A stretch of 47,742 nucleotides of DNA, taken from positions 1-47,742 of the IMG/VR virus record IMGVR_UViG_3300038336_000104, one strand, 5' to 3'. The notes beneath the pieces were generated by a model, which searched no databases, had not been told where the DNA came from, and worked only from the letters and a program-made list of their open reading frames with translations. Source of the DNA: a virus. Positions 39,627 through 47,742 of the stretch are shown piece after piece. The translations under genes and the position numbers were made by a program. The number at the start of each line of letters is the position of its first letter. Positions within the stretch are counted from its first letter, which is position 1.

Positions 39627-42600
39627 GTTTAAAAATAGACCGCCTCCAGCTCGAGATAGTGATAAACAACGACCAGGCGCGTAAGAGCCTGCGCCTGCTT
39701 GAAGATGAAGCACGCCAGTTAAAAAAGGATTTAAAGAAAGTACCTGAGGGCAGCGATGAATGGAATAAAATAAGCAACCGGCTTAAAGCCATCCAGGTGC
39801 AACATGATGGTATTATTCAAAAGTTGGGAATTGAGAATCTTACATTAAAAGAGTTGGGGCAAAGGCAGCGTGAGTTAAATGCCATACTCAGTCAGATGCG
39901 TCCCAGTATGCAGGGATATACTGAATTAAAACAACAGCTCGATGCCGTTAATTTACGCATGGCAGAATTAAAAGGAAAATCCCAACAAACCAATGCTTCG
40001 CTAAGCAAGATGGCCCAGGGATTTAACAAGTATTTTACTATGGTAACCGCCGGTATTGCCGCTTTTACCGGAGTATTTTTCTCTATAAAAGAATTGATTA
40101 CAGGACTTTCTGATCTTGATGATCAGATTGCTAATGTGATGAAAACAACCGGACTTACTAAAAAGGAAGTCAGGGAGTTGCACAGCGAATTCAAATACCT
40201 GAACACCCGCACACCTCGCAAAGAGCTGATGTTGCTGGCCGAAGAAGCCGGGCGACTTGGCAAGAAAAGCAAGAAGGATGTAATGGACTTTGTGGAAGTT
40301 GCCAACCAAATTAAAATTGCCCTGGGCGACGATTTGGGTGGAAATGCTGAAGAAGCCATTCGCGAGGTAGGTAAACTAACTACCATTTACAAAATTGGTG
40401 AGCAATACGGCACCGACTTTAAAGAATCGATGCTTAAAGTAGGTTCGGCTATTAACGAAGTTTCGGCCAACAGCCAGGCGCAAGCACCCTTTTTAATTGA
40501 GACACTTAAACGACTTGGTGGATTGGCCACACAGGCAGGTATTATGGCCGATGAAGTTATTGGTTACGGATCGGCTCTGGACCAGTTGGGGCAACGTACC
40601 GAAATGTCATCTACAGCACTGAGCAAGGTGATCTTAAACATGTTTACTGATACCAGTACCTATGCCAAAATAGCTAAAATGGAATTGGGCGAATTTACCA
40701 AATTGCTTAATACCGATGCCAACGAGGCGTTTTTAAAAGTGCTTGAAGGGTTGAATGGAAACAATGACGGATTGACCGTGATGGGTGAAAAGCTGGGCGA
40801 TTTGGGTTTGGATGGATCCAGAGCTGTACAGGTTCTTGCAACGCTTGCCGGTAATACTGAAATGGTTCGTAATGAACAGGCATTGGCCAATAAGGCCATG
40901 AAAGAAGGGACTTCGTTAACCAACGAGTACAATGTAAAGAATGAAAACATGGCCGGTAACCTGGAGAAAATAGGCAGGGCCATGCGTGCCTGGTTCATCA
41001 ATTCTACAGTAAACAAAAACATGGAAAAATTTGTTGGCTATTTTGCTGAACTGGTTAAGTATCCACTTTCTGAAAAATTGAACAAAGAGCGCATAAGCGT
41101 TAATGGTTTGGTAATAGAAATGACGAGCGCCAACACCACGGCTGAACGCAGGAATACCATTTATAAGCAATTGATGGAGATGAACCCGGATATTGTTGAC
41201 GGCATTGATTTGGAAAATATCAGCATTGTACAACTTCGTAAAAACCTGGCTTTATATAATGAAGAGCAAATTAAGAAAATTGCTCTTCAGGATTCTGAGG
41301 AAGCATTAGCCGATACAAGAGAAAAACTTGGAAAGCAAATTGGCGAGAAATTGGAAATAGAAAACAGTTTAGGCAAGGAACTTTTAAAAATAAAGGAAAA
41401 AATTTCAGTTTGGGACAAAGAGGCTGCAACCAAAATGGAGGAAATTTTATTTAGCGATATTGATATTATTGAAAAATCGAACAAAATCAGAGAGATAGCC
41501 AGCGAGATAGCCCGTGCAAACGGATTAAATGCCAATAGCATAACAACAGCATATCATAATACCGTACTACTCGAAGATGCCAGAAAAAACGAAGTAAAGC
41601 TTCAGGATGAATTTAATGAGTCATTTGCTGAGTATCAAGAAATGTACAACCGGGTTATGGATAAATCTGCCACTCAGGGAGCATATCCGGGACCTCCGTT
41701 ACCGCCTAATTTGAATAAGGGAGGGCAGGAAAATACTGCCACCACCATCACTACCCTAAAGACACAACTAGAGGCTTTGAATAAAGCACGCAACGAGATT
41801 AACATAGCTGATACAGAAGCTTTACTCAAAAATCAGCAGGAGATTGAAGCCAAGGAGGCTTTAATAAAAAAGTATGAAGATCTCGGTAAAACATTAAAAA
41901 CAGTTTCAAAAGAAAAAGCTTCACAACACTCTGATTTTATGTATTTCGCTAAGGTGGAAGAAGATCAGAAAAAAAACATGAGCGAGGAAGAAAAACGAAT
42001 TTTAAACGAACAGCTGTTTTTCAAACAGTTGGAAAGTGATCAAAATAAAGCCAATATTGAGCAAGACCTAAAAGACCTGGAAGACAAATACAAGCGCGAA
42101 AAAACCCTTGCAGAAACCAGGTATAATGAACAATTGCTTGCTTTGGGTACCAACGAAGCCGCTAAAAAAGCACTGAAAATTCAGTTTGAAGCTGACGAAT
42201 TACAGCGCAACCTTACACACCTGAATGAGCTGAAAGCAATGATGGAGCAATCGCTTCAGGGTATCAACCTGGAGGATGCGATGCTAAGTGATGAGGACAG
42301 GGATGCGCTATTGGTTAAAATTGACGAATTAAACCTGGCGATATCACAACTGAAGCTGCTGGCTAATGATCAGGAATCAGCAACTCCTGCCGGTGAACTT
42401 TCAAAAATGCTCTTCGGTTTTGATGATGGAGATACCTTGTTTGAAAGAATTGCCAAAGTAGGGCAATTCGCGGTAACTACGTTTAGTAAGATAAACCAGA
42501 TTATTTCCAACTCAGAGCAAAAGCAATTACAGGATTTTCAGCGCGCCAACGACCAAAAGAAAAAAGCACTCGAACAGCGTTTGAATTCCGGTAAAATAAC

Positions 42601-43294
42601 TCAGGAGCAATACAATACCGCTATTTCGGCTTTGGATGAAGAAATGGCCAAAAAGCAACGGAAGATTGCCCACGACCAGGCAGTTCGTAATAAAGCCATT
42701 GCCGTTATGCAGGCCATTGTGAATACTGCCGCAGGGGTTGCAGCTCAATTGGCAATCCCTGGTGCAGGTATCGGACTGGCCATTGCCGCTGCCGCTATGG
42801 GTGCCATTGAAATAGCCATTGCAGCCTCTACCCCGGTACCTGCTTTGGCAAAGGGTAACCGTCAAAAAATACTGGCCGATGACGGCAAAACCTACAATGC
42901 CAAAGTAGCATCCTCCGATCATGCTTCCGGCTTGTTTAACGAACCCACCTATGTGCCCGGCTTTGGCCTGTTTGGCGAAACAAGAGATCCAGAGCTGGTA
43001 TTTAACCCGCGCGATACCCAGTCCATCATCAACTCCCCCGCGCTAATCGATGCCATCAACATGACACTGGGTGGCCGGCAATACGCTCAGGGAAACTCAC
43101 GAGAGATTATCCGGGAGAACAACACGGTTACAACTACCGCCATGGATCCGGAAACCATGGCTTTACTGGCCGACATCCGTAAAAAGCTCGACCAACCCGC
43201 TACCGCTTACCTGGTAGCCGATGAAGACTACATCCGTACCCACAAAAAAAAGGTTACGGAATACGACACATTTAAAAAGAGAGTAAGCAATTAA
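39623..43294 (+). CDS. Tail tape measure protein
   Basis: 1223 aa from the ATG at 39623. Long coiled coils, a conserved TMP core region (DFVEVANQIKIALGDDLGGNAEEAIREVGKLTTIYK), and a hydrophobic Gly/Ala-rich segment near the C-terminus. Confidence 0.85.
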   Translation: MSLKIDRLQLEIVINNDQARKSLRLLEDEARQLKKDLKKVPEGSDEWNKISNRLKAIQVQHDGIIQKLGIENLTLKELGQRQRELNAILSQMRPSMQGYTELKQQLDAVNLRMAELKGKSQQTNASLSKMAQGFNKYFTMVTAGIAAFTGVFFSIKELITGLSDLDDQIANVMKTTGLTKKEVRELHSEFKYLNTRTPRKELMLLAEEAGRLGKKSKKDVMDFVEVANQIKIALGDDLGGNAEEAIREVGKLTTIYKIGEQYGTDFKESMLKVGSAINEVSANSQAQAPFLIETLKRLGGLATQAGIMADEVIGYGSALDQLGQRTEMSSTALSKVILNMFTDTSTYAKIAKMELGEFTKLLNTDANEAFLKVLEGLNGNNDGLTVMGEKLGDLGLDGSRAVQVLATLAGNTEMVRNEQALANKAMKEGTSLTNEYNVKNENMAGNLEKIGRAMRAWFINSTVNKNMEKFVGYFAELVKYPLSEKLNKERISVNGLVIEMTSANTTAERRNTIYKQLMEMNPDIVDGIDLENISIVQLRKNLALYNEEQIKKIALQDSEEALADTREKLGKQIGEKLEIENSLGKELLKIKEKISVWDKEAATKMEEILFSDIDIIEKSNKIREIASEIARANGLNANSITTAYHNTVLLEDARKNEVKLQDEFNESFAEYQEMYNRVMDKSATQGAYPGPPLPPNLNKGGQENTATTITTLKTQLEALNKARNEINIADTEALLKNQQEIEAKEALIKKYEDLGKTLKTVSKEKASQHSDFMYFAKVEEDQKKNMSEEEKRILNEQLFFKQLESDQNKANIEQDLKDLEDKYKREKTLAETRYNEQLLALGTNEAAKKALKIQFEADELQRNLTHLNELKAMMEQSLQGINLEDAMLSDEDRDALLVKIDELNLAISQLKLLANDQESATPAGELSKMLFGFDDGDTLFERIAKVGQFAVTTFSKINQIISNSEQKQLQDFQRANDQKKKALEQRLNSGKITQEQYNTAISALDEEMAKKQRKIAHDQAVRNKAIAVMQAIVNTAAGVAAQLAIPGAGIGLAIAAAAMGAIEIAIAASTPVPALAKGNRQKILADDGKTYNAKVASSDHASGLFNEPTYVPGFGLFGETRDPELVFNPRDTQSIINSPALIDAINMTLGGRQYAQGNSREIIRENNTVTTTAMDPETMALLADIRKKLDQPATAYLVADEDYIRTHKKKVTEYDTFKKRVSN

Positions 43295-43345
43295 TTGTCC
43301 TTTTAAAAAGTAAAATGTACAACGATTTTAGCAACATGAAAAAAA

Positions 43346-43804
43346 ATGAACACAAAAAATACCATTATGGACTGGAGTACTCAGCACGTTTATAATTTCA
43401 TAACAGGGTTATTTGTAGCCTTTTTCGGGTACTTCATCCCGATAGGCCCCATTATTTATGTCATGATTTCGGCCATATTGATCGATATGTTCATCGGCAT
43501 TTGGGCGGCCCGCGTGCAGGGCTACGGAATAAAATCGGCAAAGTTGTGGAAAACAGCCTGGAAGCTGCTGTTTGCTTTGGTGATAGTGCACCTCACGTTT
43601 GCCATGGACAAAGAAATGGGCATCGATGCCATACAGCTTCACCGGGTAATTGCCTTTATCATCACCGGATGGGAAATCTGGTCGATACTGGAAAATTCAG
43701 CCAAAATATCGGACCATTCTATTTTTCGGATACTGAAAAAGTTTATGCACGACAAAATTGAGCAACATACAGGTGTTGATTTGGATGATACTAATTTGGA
43801 ATAG
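43346..43804 (+). CDS. Holin candidate (phage_holin_4-like)
   Basis: 152 aa with 3-4 TM segments. MISAILIDMFIGIWAARVQGYGIKSAKLWKTAWKLL resembles the holin family 4 pattern. It lies directly upstream of the amidase gene. Confidence 0.6.
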   Translation: MNTKNTIMDWSTQHVYNFITGLFVAFFGYFIPIGPIIYVMISAILIDMFIGIWAARVQGYGIKSAKLWKTAWKLLFALVIVHLTFAMDKEMGIDAIQLHRVIAFIITGWEIWSILENSAKISDHSIFRILKKFMHDKIEQHTGVDLDDTNLE

Positions 43805-43806
43805 CC

Positions 43807-44229
43807 ATGAGAAAAATTAACCGCATAGTAATTCATTGCACGGCCACTCAACAGAGTGCCAAAGTAGAATCGATACTCAACTATTGGAAAACCCAATTGG
43901 GCTGGAAAATGCCAGGGTATCATTTTCTGATTTCTCCAGATGGAGAAGTACATAAGTTACTCCCCATCGACCAGGTAAGCAATGGCGCTGCAGGGTACAA
44001 CCACGATTCTATTCACATCAGCTACATTGGTGGAATAGATGCCTCAGGAAAGCCTGTTGACAACCGCACCGACGCACAAATAAAATCGATGCTGGCACTC
44101 ATAGCCACATTAAAGCTGAATGATTTCCTAAGTCAGCTACCTGTTATTGGTCATCGCGACCTGCCCGGAGTTACTAAGGCATGCCCGTCGTTTGATGTAA
44201 AAAACTGGTTAAATACTATATACAAATGA
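43807..44229 (+). CDS. N-acetylmuramoyl-L-alanine amidase (Amidase_2/PGRP type endolysin)
   Basis: IVIHCTAT, GYHFLISPDGEV, GHRDL and CPSFDV motifs. Confidence 0.9.
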   Translation: MRKINRIVIHCTATQQSAKVESILNYWKTQLGWKMPGYHFLISPDGEVHKLLPIDQVSNGAAGYNHDSIHISYIGGIDASGKPVDNRTDAQIKSMLALIATLKLNDFLSQLPVIGHRDLPGVTKACPSFDVKNWLNTIYK

Positions 44230-44840
44230 AAAAAATACTAATGTTTTTCTGGAAATACTGGATATTCGGCTTGTTAATTGCCGTAATCGCGGTAATCGGA
44301 TACCAGGCATGGCCCTACATCAACCTAAAGGTTGAATTGAGTATTTACTTTGTAATGGCCTCTGGCATGTTTGTTTACAGAACTATCCTGAGTGGTAGAA
44401 AAAATGGATGTTTCTACCATAAAAACGATGAAGTACTACCACCTTTTTTGAAACAAGAAATTGGAAATATGCACTATATCGAGACACCTGCCTGGTGGGT
44501 TCAAAGCATAGGTATCTTTTTGTTTACCCTTTCAATTAACCGGATACTGAACTATTCAACTGAATTTCTACAATTCGCGATACAATCAGCAATTGCCTTA
44601 TTATTCACATTGGGAACGATCCTGGCAGCAAGCTACCATTTTCAGCGTGGTATTACTGCGGGGCTGAAAGATGCAGCTCAATTGGATGAGACTACAAAAT
44701 CAGAAGTAGCAGTAAATATTTTGTTCATCCACTTCGAATTCTGGAAGCCCCGTATTTTTAGCAATAAAGGCCGGATTGTGGCACAATACCTTGGTATTGC
44801 CATGATACTCGGAAGTATTTACTTAATGATATGGCTATGA
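44226..44840 (+). CDS. Polytopic membrane protein in the lysis cassette
   Basis: 204 aa with several hydrophobic helices. Overlaps the amidase stop. Confidence 0.6.
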   Translation: MKKILMFFWKYWIFGLLIAVIAVIGYQAWPYINLKVELSIYFVMASGMFVYRTILSGRKNGCFYHKNDEVLPPFLKQEIGNMHYIETPAWWVQSIGIFLFTLSINRILNYSTEFLQFAIQSAIALLFTLGTILAASYHFQRGITAGLKDAAQLDETTKSEVAVNILFIHFEFWKPRIFSNKGRIVAQYLGIAMILGSIYLMIWL

Positions 44841-45415
44841 AAACAGCACCCTGGATCATCATTATCATCTTAATCGCGGTAATCTTCTTGCTGCGCGAGT
44901 GCACGCCCGTGCCAGAATGCCCCGAATGTCCGAAAGTGGATACCATTACCTTGGTGGTGCACGATACCATTATGGTGGCCAACGAAATATATGTGCCACG
45001 GGTTTACTATCGTGATACAGGATCCACGCGCTATGTTATTAAAACCTACGCAGATACCGTGGCCATCATCAACCACTTTTTTGCGCGTAATTATTATGCC
45101 GACACCCTGGTAAACGACACCAACGCCTTTATTTTGTTGGAAGATACTGTGGCCATGAACCAAATCACCTGGCGCCGCAAAACAGTAAGGGTATTCCCGG
45201 CCACCATCTACACCACCCAAATCGTAACCAAGCAAGCCGATCCCCGCAGGATGATGTATGTTGGTCTGGGCGTTGGCCGCTCGGTAAATAGTTTCGGGCT
45301 GGCTCCATCGCTGCTGTACATCAGCAAGCGGCAGTCGGCTTATTCGCTGTCCTATGATGTGCTGAATAAGGACGCTTATTTTACCATGTATTTTAAACTT
45401 TCATTTAAGAAGTAA
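44831..45415 (+). CDS. N-terminally anchored envelope protein (spanin-like by position)
   Basis: 194 aa. TM segment WIIIIILIAVIFLL followed by a CxxxxxCxxC cluster. The C-terminus is beta-strand-like and ends FKLSFKK. Confidence 0.55.
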   Translation: MAMKTAPWIIIIILIAVIFLLRECTPVPECPECPKVDTITLVVHDTIMVANEIYVPRVYYRDTGSTRYVIKTYADTVAIINHFFARNYYADTLVNDTNAFILLEDTVAMNQITWRRKTVRVFPATIYTTQIVTKQADPRRMMYVGLGVGRSVNSFGLAPSLLYISKRQSAYSLSYDVLNKDAYFTMYFKLSFKK

Positions 45416-47040
45416 TGCCAACTCCTAACATAGAACTGATTAAATCGCCGCCAACGGTTGCTTTGCTTGACGAGGGTATTAAGTATCAGGTTCAATCGAA
45501 CCGCAATGCTGCATCATACAATGCCGCGTTGTTTCTTACCATGAGTGAAACCGCTGCCAACTACCTGGATAAATATTTCACTGTAGAATTTATGGGTATT
45601 GAATTGCAGTTTTATCTTAGGCTGGCACCTGATCAATCCGGGCTTGAAATTACAACGTGGTTGGGTGCTGATAGTCTTTCGCAATTTGTAACAAAGATAT
45701 GTGCCGAAATAAACGCTAATTATCTTATCAACCAATATTATGTGGCGTATAATTATGAAATACTGGGTGTTGCTAAGTTAGCATTTGCTGCAAAAAACGA
45801 TGGTACGCTTTATAATATTACACTTAAAGCTACTGATATTACCGACGTATCTGTTTATCAGGAAACAGCCGGTATTGATTCGGTAATAGCTGACGATTAC
45901 AGTATTTACGTGGCTCCTTACATTTATTCTGGTTTGCCCCTTACAACCGATGCTTTAGGCAAAGAATTACTACCCATAAATGATGATAATATTGTTGAAG
46001 CCGATTTGTCGGAATATCTTAAATCATCAATCATAACACAGTTCACCTACCCGTTTAACGGGGTGTATGCGCGCACGTTGGCCGATGGAGTAAAAAAATA
46101 CTACATCAAATATGCTGAATACGAAAACGGCAGCATGCAACTCCTTCGCTCTACTTACGACAATCCAAAATATGTGATTCGTGGCGGGCTAAAGCGTATC
46201 GATTCGGACTTTTTTTATAACGAAGACGGCAATTACTTCGATTATGCCAATAACTTTCAGCGGTTTCTTAACTGGGCGCCAACCGAAAAAATTACCTATC
46301 CCGGTGTGCCTGAGTTGTTGTATTTCTTAAAATCGACCACCGGCAATTTGACGGTTAAACTCAAGATGAAAAAGGTAGATGTGGCCGAAGCGACATCAAC
46401 CCTGGTAACCATCACCGCCGATCAGTACACCATTACCGAATTATCGGTTGGTTTGGCCGATTTACTTCCTGCCGAAGATGGCACCAATGTGGAATGGTTT
46501 GAAATCTGGATTGAGAATTTAGCCAGCGAAGCAGTCAGCGAAGTCCGAAAATTCACGGTAGATCAAACATTTTATTTGAATAAACGGGTATTGTTTTTTC
46601 AGAATAGCTTCGATTTGTACGAAACCATTTGTTGCACCGGAGTGCTCCAGGTTGACGACAGTTTTAAACAAGAAGAAATTGAAGTGCTGAAAGGACCGGT
46701 TTTCAGGCGGGCGGTAATCAATCTGGAGCAAGCGCAAGTTTACACGCTTTCATCAGGATTTTTACCTGGAATTGAATACCGCAACTGGCTTACAGAAGTA
46801 ATGTTGTCGAAAGACACCTTTTTAATGTTGGGCCATTTTCTGTTACCGGTAATCATCACCAACAAAAAAGTAAATCGTTCAAAAGACCGTGAACATCTTT
46901 ACTCCATCACCTTCAGTTTTGAAGCCGACTTTACCGAATCGCGCTACAGCAGCATTGTTGGCGATGGCGCTTATTTCTTATTGGACGAAAACGGCGTTGT
47001 ATTGCTCGATGAAAATAATATAGGACTAATTGCTTCATAA
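45415..47040 (+). CDS. Distal tail / baseplate structural protein (unknown)
   Basis: 541-aa ORF between the lysis cassette and the fiber gene. Confidence 0.6.
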   Translation: MPTPNIELIKSPPTVALLDEGIKYQVQSNRNAASYNAALFLTMSETAANYLDKYFTVEFMGIELQFYLRLAPDQSGLEITTWLGADSLSQFVTKICAEINANYLINQYYVAYNYEILGVAKLAFAAKNDGTLYNITLKATDITDVSVYQETAGIDSVIADDYSIYVAPYIYSGLPLTTDALGKELLPINDDNIVEADLSEYLKSSIITQFTYPFNGVYARTLADGVKKYYIKYAEYENGSMQLLRSTYDNPKYVIRGGLKRIDSDFFYNEDGNYFDYANNFQRFLNWAPTEKITYPGVPELLYFLKSTTGNLTVKLKMKKVDVAEATSTLVTITADQYTITELSVGLADLLPAEDGTNVEWFEIWIENLASEAVSEVRKFTVDQTFYLNKRVLFFQNSFDLYETICCTGVLQVDDSFKQEEIEVLKGPVFRRAVINLEQAQVYTLSSGFLPGIEYRNWLTEVMLSKDTFLMLGHFLLPVIITNKKVNRSKDREHLYSITFSFEADFTESRYSSIVGDGAYFLLDENGVVLLDENNIGLIAS

Positions 47041-47055
47041 TAAATACTTAACACA

Positions 47056-47283
47056 ATGGATGGACGCAGAGAGGATTCGTTACCTCAAAAAACACCAAAC
47101 GCGAACTTTGAAGTGCGCGCGCTGGACGATACAGGCAAATCGTGTGTAATACTGTATTCTGAATTTGGCACTCCCGTACCACAAGAGGGCGATATACGCG
47201 ATTTTTTGGAAGGCAATACCATAAAAAAGAAAAAATACACCAGTGGCGCTTGGGTCGATACTGGTATAGAATGGGAAATATAA
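47056..47283 (+). CDS. Small hypothetical protein
   Basis: 75-aa ORF. Confidence 0.5.
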   Translation: MDGRREDSLPQKTPNANFEVRALDDTGKSCVILYSEFGTPVPQEGDIRDFLEGNTIKKKKYTSGAWVDTGIEWEI

Positions 47284-47293
47284 ATTTATCAAT

Positions 47294-47742
47294 ATGAAAA
47301 AGACCATATTAATATTAGTTACCATGGTGCTGTTATCCACCACAGGTACATCGCAAACCATTAAATCGCAGATATCGGCCACGGCAGACACCCTTTGGCG
47401 ATTTTTGAAAAACAACAACGGCTCAGGCACAGCAACCTTCGGTTTCATCACCGGAGCCGACACTGTATTTGTGCAAGGCGACGGCACTAACTTACGCATT
47501 ATCGCTGATTTTTTAAAAGCGCCCACTATTTTAATGGATACCAACCAAATAAAGCAGGTTGACACGGCTGTTGATACACATGATGCAGTGCCGTTTTTTC
47601 AGATGCTCGATTCAATCCTTGCCTCAGCATTCGATCCGTCAGCTTTACTTGATTCACTTGCACGGCATTTGGATAGCTTACAAAAGCATAGAATTGATAT
47701 TAACGCCATCGAAAATGCTACCGAAGCCGGTACAGCACAAGG
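47294..47742 (+). CDS. Tail fiber / receptor-binding protein, 5' portion (open to the window end; continues at base 128 of the circular genome)
   Basis: ATG 10 nt after the previous stop. MKKTILILVTMVLLSTTGTSQ...LDSLQKHRIDINAIENATEAGTAQG has no stop before the window end. The last 127 nt are identical to bases 1-127. Confidence 0.7.
   Translation, partial: MKKTILILVTMVLLSTTGTSQTIKSQISATADTLWRFLKNNNGSGTATFGFITGADTVFVQGDGTNLRIIADFLKAPTILMDTNQIKQVDTAVDTHDAVPFFQMLDSILASAFDPSALLDSLARHLDSLQKHRIDINAIENATEAGTAQ
47616..47742. repeat. Terminal direct repeat, copy 2 (identical to 1..127)
   Basis: Exact identity read directly. Confidence 0.95.

Overview
The window is one closed circular genome of a temperate, siphovirus-like tailed phage. 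Its unique length is 47,615 bp, because bases 1-127 repeat exactly at 47616-47742. The host is probably Bacteroidota. That is an inference from exact TAnnTTTG -7 boxes, the near absence of Shine-Dalgarno sequences, a Bacteroidota-type tyrosine integrase and a CI-type repressor. Gene order from the left: a tail fiber gene that wraps the circular junction and two distal tail genes (3-5506); integrase and CI-like repressor on the minus strand (5554-7405); a Cro-like/LuxR-type early regulatory and replication module with a primase-helicase (7530-16216); a small accessory region and a roughly 960-bp ORF-free region with a GTAC-repeat array (16217-17963); a head and packaging module with S49 protease, capsid protein, PLD-like nuclease and terminase (17964-27562); a 4.3-kb accessory island that splits terminase from the portal candidate (27563-31832); portal and head-tail genes (32134-36213); a second accessory island with a P22 immI-like RHH/antirepressor unit (36214-38604); tape measure protein (39623-43294); a lysis cassette (43346-45415); and distal tail genes. 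I saw no rRNA, tRNA or CRISPR array. The most unusual content is in four places. First, the terminase-portal island, which holds a translationally coupled ArdC-N-like/SymE-like/47-aa operon with strong SD sites behind a multi-branch structured element, an XRE regulator with a palindromic operator ahead of an AT-rich membrane protein, and ORF-free promoter-to-terminator units. Second, an 80-nt structured repeat present twice with a compensatory stem change. Third, the GTAC-N4-GTAC array. Fourth, a small acidic-protein gene nested between inverted and direct repeats. All functional calls rest on motifs I recognised by eye; no database search was run.
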